From contig CAZMSZ010000005.1 of the NCBI GenBank assembly GCA_964569055.1, positions 1 to 51,289 of the forward strand: a stretch of DNA of 51,289 nt, in the 5' to 3' direction. Positions 41,855 to 51,289 of the stretch are shown here, in pieces. The stretch is from an uncultured Planctomycetota bacterium. GTDB lineage: Bacteria; Planctomycetota; J058. A program made the translations under genes and the position numbers. How positions within the stretch are numbered: the stretch's first letter is position 1; each line of letters begins with the position of its first letter. The notes beneath the pieces were generated by a model that was not told where the DNA came from, did not search any database, and saw only the letters and a list, made by a program, of their open reading frames with translations.

Positions 41855-44800
41855 GTGGGCAGGCGAGCACCGGTCGCGCGCAGGCGTGGCACCCGCAGCC
41901 GCATCGTGGCCGGGGCGCTCGTCCTGTTGCTAGCGGGAGCGTCGGTCGCCTGGGGCTTGGTCGTCGTCACTCGCGAGCCCGTGGCCTACTTCACGGCCCA
42001 GCTGAACAACGCCAGCGCGCCCGACGACCTCGACGGCGTCACCCTGACCAGCGGCACGAACTTGGCGGGGCTGGTCGACGACGACACCTCGACCGTGGCC
42101 GATTCCCTCAGCTCGAACCAGGGCAAGCTGTTCGTGTTCGAGGTCGCGATCGGCGTCCCCAAGACGGTCGTCACCCGCTTGACCCCGATCGTCACGGCGA
42201 GCTCGTCGAACGCGGGCGGCCTGTTCATCGAGAAGGGGCAGACCTGGGAGAGCGTCGCCGCCTTCAGCGGGACGACCGCCGAGGAGCTCCGCGGCGACAT
42301 CACGCTCGACCTCGAGCAGTACATCGGCGGGGCCGGCGACGAGACGGTCCGGCTGGGCCTGTTCCAGCCCGACCCGGGCCCGTCCCAAACGCTCGAGGTG
42401 ATGGAGGTCGACCTCGAGGTCGAGTACGACGACCCCCCGGTCATCGTGGACACCACCGCCACCCCGGCCTCGATCGACGCGATCGGCGGCAACACGACGA
42501 CGCTGCGGGTCGACTGGAGCGACAGCGACACCGCGTCGTCGGGCTTCACGGTGGAGCTGTGGGTGCGCGGCCCCGACGACACGACCGAGCTCCAGCTCCC
42601 GGGGACGCCCACCATCACCGACGAGGGCGGCGGGAACTTCAACGCCACGCTGAGCTGGGACCCGCCCGACGCGACCACGCCCGTCGGGCTCTACGACCTG
42701 CGCGCCATCGTCCGGGACGGGCTCAGTCAGATCAGCGACACCTACGCGGGCAACGCGGACGAGCTGCAGATCACGGCCTCGGTCGACCGCCCCCCCGTGA
42801 TCGCCGCGGGCGCGGTACAGGCCAGCCCGCCCTTCATGCGGTCGGGCGGCCCCGGCGGCGCGCTCGAGGTCGAGTTCCTCGATCCGGACCTCCCCGCCCC
42901 GGGGACGTTCCGGGTGACGCTCGCCGTGCGGGAGCCGGACGACACCACCGAGGTCACGCTGATCACCTCGGGCGCCAACGGGTCCACCGGGACCAACGGC
43001 GCGGGCACCCTGACGGTGAGCGCGCTGGACGGGTTCGGCCGCTATCGGGCCTCGCTCCCCTGGACCCCCCTCGGAGGGCAAGCCACAGGTCGCTACGACC
43101 TGCGCGCCGCGGTGAGCGATCAGAGCGGGGCCGGCGGGACGGGGATCGACCCGTACGCCGCGAACCTCGACGAGCTCACGCTCGTCACGGGGACCGTCTA
43201 CTACGTCAACGACGGCGCGACCACCAACGACACGGTGTGCACCGCGGCGGGGAACGACGCCAGCGACGGCCTCAGCCCCGCCACCCCCAAGGCGACCGTG
43301 GCGGACGTGCTCGCGGCCTACGGACCGCTCGGCCCCGGGGACTGGGTGTTCATCGAGGCCGGCGCCTACGACTTCGACCAGCCGATCTCACTCAGCGCGG
43401 CGGACAGCGGCGCCCCTGGCGACCCCGTGGTGATCCAGGGCGCCCGAGTCGGCGCCACGCTGCTGACGTCGATCTCCGACGGCCCGAACCCCAACGAGCG
43501 CCTGGTGCACGTGAACGGCGCCAGCGACGTGGAGATCCGCGACCTCCAGCTCACGTCCGCCGCGACCGCCGGCGGTGCGGGCTACGGCGTCGAGATCACC
43601 GGCGGGACCGACGTGCACGTCGTCGGGTGCGAGGTGAGCTCGAGCGCCGACACGGGCATCCTGATCACGGTCACCAACCCCGCGGTCGCGCGCCACCGGG
43701 TCGTGGATTGCACCGTGACCGGCAACGCGCGCTTCGGAATCCACGTCGAGCGCCAGCAGCAGTGCGCGATCGAAGGCTGCGACGTGCGGGACAACACCCT
43801 GGGCGGCATCAAGATCGCCGACCGCGCGCTCGGCCCGACGGTGCGCCGCTGCCGGGTCGCGAACAACGGGGTGTTCCAGATCGCCGTCCAGGGCGTCGAC
43901 AACGCGGGCGGCTCCGGTTCGGAGTCCAGCACCCAGGCCAACCCCGCGCTCGTGGAGGACTGCGTCGTGTTCGGGGCCTCCACCACCGGGATCTGGATGG
44001 CGGGCCCCGGCAGCCACGCCGTCGTCCGCGGCAACCTGGTCTACGGCCCCGCCCGCTGCATCCGCTTCGGCGGGGATCCAGAAGGCGGGGCCCAACCGTC
44101 CGAGTTCGGCGTGATCGTCAACAACACGGCGCACACCACTCAGCCAGGCGCCAACTTCGCGGCGGTCGCGATGGTGAACGGGAGCAGCGACTTCCTGATT
44201 ACGAACAACGTCCTCTCCGTCGCGGGAGCCGGCACGGCCGCCATCTGGCTGAGCTCCGCCAATGAGCCCGGCACGTCGAACTGGAACACCTTCCACGTGG
44301 ACGGGGCCAGCGGCGCGCTGGCCGCCCGCAACGGCGCCGCCACGCTCCCAACGCTCGCCCTCTGGCAGGGCACGCTCAACTCGCCCGACCCGGACAGCCT
44401 CGAGGCCGATCCCCTGTTCGTGGACGACACCCACGTCGACCTGTTCCAGCGCGACTACCACCTGCAGAGCGAGGCCGGGCGCTGGAACGGGACCACGTTC
44501 GTGACCGACGCCCAGACCTCGCCCTGCATCGACGCGGGCGATCCGGCCGTCGACTTCGGCGCCGAGACCCAGCCCCACGGCTCGCGCATCAACCAGGGCG
44601 CGTACGGCGGGACGGCGCAGGCGTCGCGCTCACGGCGCATCTACGTGACCGCGACCGCCCCGAGCCTCGACGACCTCAACAGGCTCCCGCTGCCCGTCGG
44701 CAGCGACCTCGACCTGACCTTCAGCGAGGACGTCGAGGCCACCACGGTCGACCCGGGCACGCTGGTGCTGCGCGGGTTCATGGGGACGGCGACCGCCACC

Positions 44801-47800
44801 CGAAGCGGCGGCGGCGGCGCGACCCTGTCCCTCGACCCGACCAGCCCCCATCCCGGCGAGGTGGTGGAGGTCTCCGTGACGTCCGGCCTCCAGGGCGAGA
44901 CGACGGGGTGGACCGCCCAGCCGCTGGTGCTCCGCTTCCGCGCCGCCGCCGGGAGCGGGCCAGGCGTGTTCGACCAGAGCTCGCTGTCCCTCGGGGTGAG
45001 CGACCACACCAGCGAGGTCGCGGTCGGCGACGTGACCGGCGACGGGAACCTCGACATGGTGCGGGTGGTTTCGAGCACGACCCCCGGCGAGCGACACCAG
45101 GTCTGGCCGGGCGACGGGTTGGGTGGGTTCGGCATCCCGATTCCCTTCGGCGCCGATCCCCCGGGGACCGCCCGCGGGGTGGCGCTCGGGGACGTCGACG
45201 GCGACGGGTTCCTGGACATCGTGGTAGGCATGTCCGGCGCGGCGAACCAGCTGTTCCTCAACACCGGGAGCGGCCCCCCCGCCGTGCCCGACGCCTTGAT
45301 CGGGAGCACCAACGTCATCTTCGGCGTCGCCCTCGGCGACCTCGACGGGGACGGCGACCTCGATCTCGTCGAGGCGAACAGCACCTCCGTGGCGTCCACC
45401 GTGTATCGCAACAGCGGCGGCGGCACCTTCGAAACCCAGCCCTTGTGCTCCTTCGGCAGCGGCGACGCCGACTTCGCCGTCCGGCTGGCCGACTTCGACA
45501 GAGACGGAGACCTAGACGCCTGGTTCGCGGGCTTCTCCTTCGGCCCGAGGGTCCACCTCAACGCGGGCGCGGGTCACTTCGATGACGTCCGCGTGGTCGT
45601 GACGACCGGGGCCGGCGCCGCCCAGGGCATCGACGTGGGCGACGTGGACGGCGACGGCTGGGTCGACCTGGTGGTGGCCCGGGGCAGCGGGAGCGACGGG
45701 CTGTTCCTCAACGATCGGGCGGGCGGCTTCTCCCCCGGCATCGCGATCCCCGACTCCTCCAACACAAGCAACGGCTGCGCGCTAGGGGACGTCGACGGCG
45801 ACGGCGACCTCGATGTGGTGTTCGCCACCGATACCCAGGCCCGCTTCCACCGCTGGTCGGGCGGCGCCTTCGAGGCGACCGCGCACCTGTTCGGCGCCTC
45901 GAACGTGGGCCTGAGCGTCGCGCTGGGGGACCTCGACGGCGACGGCGACCTCGACTGCGTCGAGGGGACCGACGCCGGCCTGGCGGACGCCGTCCACTGG
46001 AACGAGAACGGCGACGCCTACGTGGTCGAGCCCGAAGCGAGCGCGCCGAGCGGGGTCACGGTCCCCCAGACCGGTGTGCGCCTGGCCACCTTCCGCATCT
46101 ACACGCTCGGCAGCCTGGCCGGCACGCTGAACCAGATCCGGTTCAACGAGACGGGGGGGGTCGGGGCCAGCGCCGACGTGCTCTACTCCAACGTCAAGCT
46201 GCTGCGCGACGACGACGCCGGTTACCCGGGGGGCGCCGTCCAGCTCGGCAGCACGACCGCCTTCACCTCGGGGTCGGTGACGTTCTCGGGGCTGTCCGAG
46301 TCGATCGGCCCCGCCCCCATCGTTTACCTGCACGTCGTGGCCGACGTGGCCGTCGGCGCGGCGGGGCTCACGACGCGGCTCGAGGTGAGCTCCCCCGGCG
46401 ACCTCATCGTCATCCCCAGCGCCTCCGACGCCAGCCTCTACCCCGTCCAGGTCGCGAGCGAGCAGTTCGGCGTCGCGGTCATCCACGTGACCACGACCAA
46501 CCCTGACCAGGAGTCGCACGACGCCTCGCCAGCGGGCACCGTCGCCCTGACCTTCAACGAGCCGGTGGCCGCCGCGACGGTCACCGTCGACAACGTGCAC
46601 CTGCGCGGGAGCCAGCAGGCGCACGACATTCAGAACGCGAACCTGAGCGCGACCAGCGCCACCGTGACGATCGATCCGCCCGCCGACTTCTTCCCCGGGG
46701 AGCCGGTGGAGGTGACCGTCGACTCGGGGGTGCAGGGCGACCCCAGCGGTCGCCCCGCGCGCCCGTTCGTGATGCGCTTCCGCGCGGCCGCCGGCCTGGG
46801 CCCGGCCACCTTCCCGGACTGGAGCTTCCCCCACGGCAGCCTCACGGCGTGGACGGGGGGGGTCGCGACTGGAGACGTGACCGGCGACGGCTTCCTCGAC
46901 ATCGTGGCCGCCGTCCGGCACACCACCTCGGGCCGGCGGCACGTGGTCCACCCCGGCGACGGGCAAGGCGGCTTCGGCGAGCCCCTCCCGTTCGGTCCGG
47001 ATCCCCCGGGCGACGAGGCGCGCGGGGTCGCGCTCGGCGACCTCGACGGCGATGGCGACCTCGACGTCGTGATCGGGCGTTGGGCCGGGGCCACGCACGT
47101 CTACCGCAACCAGGGTTCGGGGCTGTTCGCCGGCAGCCCGGACGTCTCCCTCGGGTCGGCCAACACCGCGGCGATCGCGCTGGGCGACCTCGACGGCGAC
47201 GGTGACCTCGAGATCGTCGAGGTGAACGCCGGTGAATCCTCCAGGGTCTACCGGAACGACGGGTTGTTCGGGGGGTTCAACCCAGCGAGCGCGTTCGGAG
47301 GGACGTCCCAGCTCAGCGCCGTCGCCCTCGCGGACTTCGACCGCGACGGCGACCTCGACGTGTGGGCCGTCGCGATCACCGGCGGTCTAGGAGTCTTCCT
47401 CAACGACGGCGCTGGCGGATTCCCAACCGACGCGAACGTCTCCGTGGCGACGCCCTCAGCGTTCGGGCTGGACGTCGGCGACGTGAACGGGGACGGCTGG
47501 GTCGACGTCGTGACCGCTCATACCTTCGGCGCGTCCGACCTCCTCCACACGAACGACCAGGCGGGCGGCTTCGCGGCGGCCGTGACCCTCACGGGCTCCA
47601 CCGAGGACGTGAGCGGCGCGGCGGCGCTCGGGGACCTCGATGGCGACAGTGACCTCGACCTCGTGATCGCCACGAACGGGGACCAGGTGGCGAACCGGTT
47701 CTACCTGTGGAACGGCAGCGCCTTCAGCGGCCCGTCCTCCATGGGCGAGGGGGTCGGGTCCGATCGCCTCGCGCTGGGCGACCTCGACGGCGACGACGAC

Positions 47801-50800
47801 CTCGACGCCGTCTCGGGGAACTTCGGCGTCCAGAGCCTGACCGTCCACTGGAACGGCGCGGCGCCGACCACCGCGGTCACGCTCGCTGACCTACGCGCCA
47901 CCCCCCACGACGGCGAGGTGCTCGTCGCCTGGACCACCGCCAGCGAGCTCGACACGCTGGGGTTCGACGTCTACCGCAGCGAGCGCCCCGACCGCGACTT
48001 CGCGCGGGTCAGCCCGGCGCTGGTGGTCGCCAGCGGCGACCCCACCGGCGCCAGCTACTACCTGCTCGACCAGACCGTCACCAACGGCAGGACCTACTAC
48101 TACCTGCTCGAGGAGGTCGACCTCGCCGGCCGGGGCACGCTGCGCGGGCCCGCCTCCGCCACCCCGGCCGGAGGGCTCGGCGCGGCCACGCTCCCGCCGG
48201 GGGCCAGCGGGCTCGTCCACACCGGCGCGCCGGGTGACCCCACCGGCCAGGCCGCCGGGCCCGACGGCGCGGCCGAGCCCGACGCCCTGCACGAGGGGCT
48301 CGGCGTCACGATCTCCAGCGTGGCCGAGCGGACCTACACGATCGACATCGCGGTCCCCCGCTTCTCGCGCGAGGCGGTGGTCGCGGCGGAGGGCGGCACC
48401 TTCGACCTGGCGCGGATCGAGGGCTATGCCGACTCGACCGAGCTCGACCGGCCGGTGGTCCCGACGCGGATCCTGCTGCTCGAGGTCCCCCCGACCTCGT
48501 CGGCCGCCCTCGCCGACCTCGTGCTCGAGGGCGAGACCCACGCCGGCTACACGCTCCCCGCCAACCTCGCGGGCGGAGCGCTCGGGCCGATCCCGGCCGC
48601 GCACGACGGCGCCACGCCCTGGCCGCCGAGCGCCCTCGAGGTGGTGGGCCTCGCCAAGCTCGGCGAGCGGACCCTCCTCAGCCTGCGCGTGAACCCGGTC
48701 CGATACCGCGCCGACCTCGGCCTCCTCGACTACCACTCGCGGATCCGCGCCGACCTGACCCTCGGCCCGGCGCCGCCCGGCCCTCCGGCCGCCACCCTGG
48801 AGGAGTGGACGCAGTCCCAGCTCGCGACGGCCACGGGCGTGCTGAAGATCGAGGTGAGCGAGGACGCCGTCTACCGGCTGACGGGCGCGGAGCTCGCGGC
48901 GGCGGGGTTCGACCTCGGCGGCGACCCCGCTCGCCTGACGCTCTACCACCACGGCCGCGCCGTCCCGCTCCGGGTGCTCGACGGCGGCGACGGCGCCCTC
49001 GACCCGACCGACGCGATCGAGCTGTACGGCCAGGCCAACCGCACCACCTACGTCGACTCGCGCCAGCCGCGCTACAGCGCGCGCAGCGCCTACTGGCTGG
49101 GCTGGGGCAGCGCCCCCGGCCCGCGCGTCCCCGAGCGCGACGCGACCCCGCCGCTCGGGCTCGCGCCGGCGCAGCGCACGACCGCGGTCGCCCGCCACGA
49201 GCAGCAGCTCCTGCTGCGCCGCTTCCCGCTCCACCCCGCCGGTCAGGACCACTGGTTCACGCGCACGGTCTCGGTCGGCGGGGCGGCCGACCTCGCGCTC
49301 GAGCTCGAGGCGGCCGCGCTCCCGCTGGAGGGGGTCCGGCTGCGCTACCGCCTGTGCGGAGCGAAGGAGCTCGCCGGCCGCACCGTCGAGGTGCGCCTCA
49401 ACGGCGCGACCGTCGACACGGTCGCCTTCGACCGGCTCACCGCCGTGACCCGCGAGGTCGAGGTCACGGGCGCGGCGGCGGGGAGCAACACCGTCACGAT
49501 CGCGCTGAGCGGGCCGGCCGGCGACCAGGTCCTGATCGACTGGGTGGAGCTCTCCTACCCGCGGCGCCTGCAGGCGGTGAGCGACCGCGCCGCGCTGCGG
49601 CTCACCAGCGAGGCGGCCGGCCCGCTGCGCGCGGGCAACTTCGCGACGGGCGACCTCGAGGTGTGGGACGTCTCGGAGCCGAACGCGCCCCGCTGGCTCA
49701 CGGGCGCGCGGGTCGAGGACACCGGCGCGGTCGAGCAGCCGGACGGCGCGCTGGTCTCCGGCGCCAGCCACACCCTCACGTTCGACCCGACCGCCGACGC
49801 GCTGGTCGCGGCCGGCCCCCGCGACCTGTTGATCGTGACCGGCGCCGCCAAGCGGACGCCCGACGCCGTGACGCTCCACGCGCCGACGCAGGCCCTGCGC
49901 CAGGGCTCCCACGGCGCGGACTACATCGTGATCACCGACCGCAGCCTGGCCGAGCCGGCGGCGCGGCTGGCGGCCTGGCGGGCTGGGCGGGGGCTACGGA
50001 GCGCGGTGGTGTACGTCGACGAGATCATGGACGAGTTCGCCTTCGGCGAGCTCGACCCCGAGGCGATCCGCGCCTTCCTCCGCCACGCCTACGAGTCGTG
50101 GGCGCTCCCCCGACCGAAGTACGTGTGCTTGCTCGGCGACGGCCACTACGACTTCCTCGACGCGGCGGGCAGCGGCGCGCCCAACCTCGTGCCGCCCTAC
50201 ATGGTCGACACCGAGTTCTCGTGGGCCGCCTGCGACAACCGCTACGCGGCGGTCGCGGGCGACGACGTGCTCCCCGACCTGCGGCTGGGTCGGATCCCGG
50301 TCGTCGACGCGGCGCAGGCCGACGCCTTCCTCGACAAGCTCGAGGCGTACGAGAGCGCGCCCTTCGACCCGAGCTGGGGCGAGCACGCGCTGCTGGTGGC
50401 CGACGACGCGGACATCGCCGACTTCCGCGCCATGGGCGAGGCGCTCGCGGCGCGCCTCCCGGCCGGGCACGCCGTCACGCGCGCCTACTTCCCCGAGGAC
50501 GGGCCGGCGGCCGCCGTGCGCCAGCGGATCGTGGACACGGTCAACGCCCCGGGCGCGCTCCTGCTCGCCTACGCGGGGCACGGCTCGACCACCAAGTGGG
50601 CGGACGAGGACCTGTTCAACAGCCACCGGATCACCACGTTCCCCGCCCACGAGAGCGACGTCGACCTCTTGACCAACGTGGGGCGGCCCACGATCGGGCT
50701 GGTGCTCAACTGCCTCTCGGGCGACTTCAGCGGCTCGAACCCCGAGCTGAACGCAATGGGCGAGGCCTGGGTGCGTCACGCCGGCGGCGGCGCGGTCGCG

Positions 50801-51256
50801 TTCTGGGCCTCGACCGGGTTCACGCGCCCGGCGCCTCAGGCCCTCATGGCCGAGCACCTGTTCGACGCGCTGTTCGCCGACGACCTGCTGGTGCTCGGCG
50901 ACGCGATCGACACGGCCAAGCTGCGGCTGGCGGCCGAGTCCACCAGGGCGGAGGACGTGATCGACACGTGGGCCCTGCTCGGAGACCCCGCCGTGTCGAT
51001 CCCCGCGCCGGTCCCCCAGCTCGCGGCGCCCAACCCGCTCCCGCCCCCACCCGTGGAGGAGCCCGAGGAGGTCCCACCGGCGGACGCCACGCTGGAGCAC
51101 ACCGAGCGGCGTAGGCGCAAGCTCGAGGTCTACGGGGTCGACCTGAGCGGAGGGTGCGCGCTCGCCGCCAGCGCAGGGCTCCCGCCCGCGGCCGTGGGGC
51201 TCCTGGCCCTGCTGGCGGGCCTCGGCGCGCTGCGTCATGGGCGGCGACGTCGCTGA
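41855..51256 (+). CDS. Giant (3133 aa) cell-surface protein: beta-helix, two Ig-like plus FG-GAP modules, C25 propeptide-like region, gingipain-like C25 peptidase, GGC-TM-basic sorting signal
   Basis: Signal peptide; YYVND..GND.SDGLSPATPKAT; many LGDLDGDGDLD; ADYIVIT, LLGDGHYD, DNRYA, LGRIPV, catalytic-type YAGHG and LNCLSG, WALLGDP; ends GGCALAA..LLALLAGLGALRHGRRRR. Confidence 0.92.
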   Translation: MGRRAPVARRRGTRSRIVAGALVLLLAGASVAWGLVVVTREPVAYFTAQLNNASAPDDLDGVTLTSGTNLAGLVDDDTSTVADSLSSNQGKLFVFEVAIGVPKTVVTRLTPIVTASSSNAGGLFIEKGQTWESVAAFSGTTAEELRGDITLDLEQYIGGAGDETVRLGLFQPDPGPSQTLEVMEVDLEVEYDDPPVIVDTTATPASIDAIGGNTTTLRVDWSDSDTASSGFTVELWVRGPDDTTELQLPGTPTITDEGGGNFNATLSWDPPDATTPVGLYDLRAIVRDGLSQISDTYAGNADELQITASVDRPPVIAAGAVQASPPFMRSGGPGGALEVEFLDPDLPAPGTFRVTLAVREPDDTTEVTLITSGANGSTGTNGAGTLTVSALDGFGRYRASLPWTPLGGQATGRYDLRAAVSDQSGAGGTGIDPYAANLDELTLVTGTVYYVNDGATTNDTVCTAAGNDASDGLSPATPKATVADVLAAYGPLGPGDWVFIEAGAYDFDQPISLSAADSGAPGDPVVIQGARVGATLLTSISDGPNPNERLVHVNGASDVEIRDLQLTSAATAGGAGYGVEITGGTDVHVVGCEVSSSADTGILITVTNPAVARHRVVDCTVTGNARFGIHVERQQQCAIEGCDVRDNTLGGIKIADRALGPTVRRCRVANNGVFQIAVQGVDNAGGSGSESSTQANPALVEDCVVFGASTTGIWMAGPGSHAVVRGNLVYGPARCIRFGGDPEGGAQPSEFGVIVNNTAHTTQPGANFAAVAMVNGSSDFLITNNVLSVAGAGTAAIWLSSANEPGTSNWNTFHVDGASGALAARNGAATLPTLALWQGTLNSPDPDSLEADPLFVDDTHVDLFQRDYHLQSEAGRWNGTTFVTDAQTSPCIDAGDPAVDFGAETQPHGSRINQGAYGGTAQASRSRRIYVTATAPSLDDLNRLPLPVGSDLDLTFSEDVEATTVDPGTLVLRGFMGTATATRSGGGGATLSLDPTSPHPGEVVEVSVTSGLQGETTGWTAQPLVLRFRAAAGSGPGVFDQSSLSLGVSDHTSEVAVGDVTGDGNLDMVRVVSSTTPGERHQVWPGDGLGGFGIPIPFGADPPGTARGVALGDVDGDGFLDIVVGMSGAANQLFLNTGSGPPAVPDALIGSTNVIFGVALGDLDGDGDLDLVEANSTSVASTVYRNSGGGTFETQPLCSFGSGDADFAVRLADFDRDGDLDAWFAGFSFGPRVHLNAGAGHFDDVRVVVTTGAGAAQGIDVGDVDGDGWVDLVVARGSGSDGLFLNDRAGGFSPGIAIPDSSNTSNGCALGDVDGDGDLDVVFATDTQARFHRWSGGAFEATAHLFGASNVGLSVALGDLDGDGDLDCVEGTDAGLADAVHWNENGDAYVVEPEASAPSGVTVPQTGVRLATFRIYTLGSLAGTLNQIRFNETGGVGASADVLYSNVKLLRDDDAGYPGGAVQLGSTTAFTSGSVTFSGLSESIGPAPIVYLHVVADVAVGAAGLTTRLEVSSPGDLIVIPSASDASLYPVQVASEQFGVAVIHVTTTNPDQESHDASPAGTVALTFNEPVAAATVTVDNVHLRGSQQAHDIQNANLSATSATVTIDPPADFFPGEPVEVTVDSGVQGDPSGRPARPFVMRFRAAAGLGPATFPDWSFPHGSLTAWTGGVATGDVTGDGFLDIVAAVRHTTSGRRHVVHPGDGQGGFGEPLPFGPDPPGDEARGVALGDLDGDGDLDVVIGRWAGATHVYRNQGSGLFAGSPDVSLGSANTAAIALGDLDGDGDLEIVEVNAGESSRVYRNDGLFGGFNPASAFGGTSQLSAVALADFDRDGDLDVWAVAITGGLGVFLNDGAGGFPTDANVSVATPSAFGLDVGDVNGDGWVDVVTAHTFGASDLLHTNDQAGGFAAAVTLTGSTEDVSGAAALGDLDGDSDLDLVIATNGDQVANRFYLWNGSAFSGPSSMGEGVGSDRLALGDLDGDDDLDAVSGNFGVQSLTVHWNGAAPTTAVTLADLRATPHDGEVLVAWTTASELDTLGFDVYRSERPDRDFARVSPALVVASGDPTGASYYLLDQTVTNGRTYYYLLEEVDLAGRGTLRGPASATPAGGLGAATLPPGASGLVHTGAPGDPTGQAAGPDGAAEPDALHEGLGVTISSVAERTYTIDIAVPRFSREAVVAAEGGTFDLARIEGYADSTELDRPVVPTRILLLEVPPTSSAALADLVLEGETHAGYTLPANLAGGALGPIPAAHDGATPWPPSALEVVGLAKLGERTLLSLRVNPVRYRADLGLLDYHSRIRADLTLGPAPPGPPAATLEEWTQSQLATATGVLKIEVSEDAVYRLTGAELAAAGFDLGGDPARLTLYHHGRAVPLRVLDGGDGALDPTDAIELYGQANRTTYVDSRQPRYSARSAYWLGWGSAPGPRVPERDATPPLGLAPAQRTTAVARHEQQLLLRRFPLHPAGQDHWFTRTVSVGGAADLALELEAAALPLEGVRLRYRLCGAKELAGRTVEVRLNGATVDTVAFDRLTAVTREVEVTGAAAGSNTVTIALSGPAGDQVLIDWVELSYPRRLQAVSDRAALRLTSEAAGPLRAGNFATGDLEVWDVSEPNAPRWLTGARVEDTGAVEQPDGALVSGASHTLTFDPTADALVAAGPRDLLIVTGAAKRTPDAVTLHAPTQALRQGSHGADYIVITDRSLAEPAARLAAWRAGRGLRSAVVYVDEIMDEFAFGELDPEAIRAFLRHAYESWALPRPKYVCLLGDGHYDFLDAAGSGAPNLVPPYMVDTEFSWAACDNRYAAVAGDDVLPDLRLGRIPVVDAAQADAFLDKLEAYESAPFDPSWGEHALLVADDADIADFRAMGEALAARLPAGHAVTRAYFPEDGPAAAVRQRIVDTVNAPGALLLAYAGHGSTTKWADEDLFNSHRITTFPAHESDVDLLTNVGRPTIGLVLNCLSGDFSGSNPELNAMGEAWVRHAGGGAVAFWASTGFTRPAPQALMAEHLFDALFADDLLVLGDAIDTAKLRLAAESTRAEDVIDTWALLGDPAVSIPAPVPQLAAPNPLPPPPVEEPEEVPPADATLEHTERRRRKLEVYGVDLSGGCALAASAGLPPAAVGLLALLAGLGALRHGRRRR
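44639..47856 (+). repeat. Internal duplication of an Ig-like plus FG-GAP propeller module
   Basis: About 44639-46005 (IYVTATAP..LTFSEDV..RFRAAAGSGP..VHWN) and about 46481-47856 (IHVTTTNP..LTFNEPV..RFRAAAGLGP..VHWN). Confidence 0.8.
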
Positions 51257-51289
51257 GGCCGTGCCCGTACAGAGCGCCGCGCCGGGCCT

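Overview
Very GC-rich bacterial DNA (roughly three-quarters G+C by eye). Gene content suggests Planctomycetota or Myxococcota (TPR/HEAT Ser/Thr kinase, Prok-RING protein, GGC-type C-terminal sorting signals); this is inference only. I call about 34 CDS and see no rRNA, tRNA, CRISPR array or transposase. The left 20 kb is mixed: an Ig-repeat surface protein, a kelch-vWA lipoprotein, acyl-CoA dehydrogenase, a sigma-54 activator, sirtuin, PduO, riboflavin synthase, PilZ, mnmA and Uma2. It also holds a compact Pup-like system: a small hydrophobic protein ending in GGE, followed in the same frame, across a single TAG, by a PafA-type ligase with a transmembrane insert and no canonical start codon before its catalytic GxETEY motif. 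The right 31 kb (about 19986-51256) looks like one unusual RiPP/cell-surface locus. It contains a translationally coupled operon (kinase-partner protein, Ser/Thr kinase, Wza, FecR-like, Wzc, HPr-kinase-like, NTP_transf_5), a radical SAM/SPASM enzyme, an unannotated 54-aa YxxPxL-leader 3-Cys precursor ending in Ser, FHA, stand-alone PqqD/RRE, a cNMP-binding protein, an NHLM-type transporter triad, a second double-glycine precursor, and a 3133-aa anchored gingipain-like (C25) protein. All family calls come from motif recognition by eye, not database searches.
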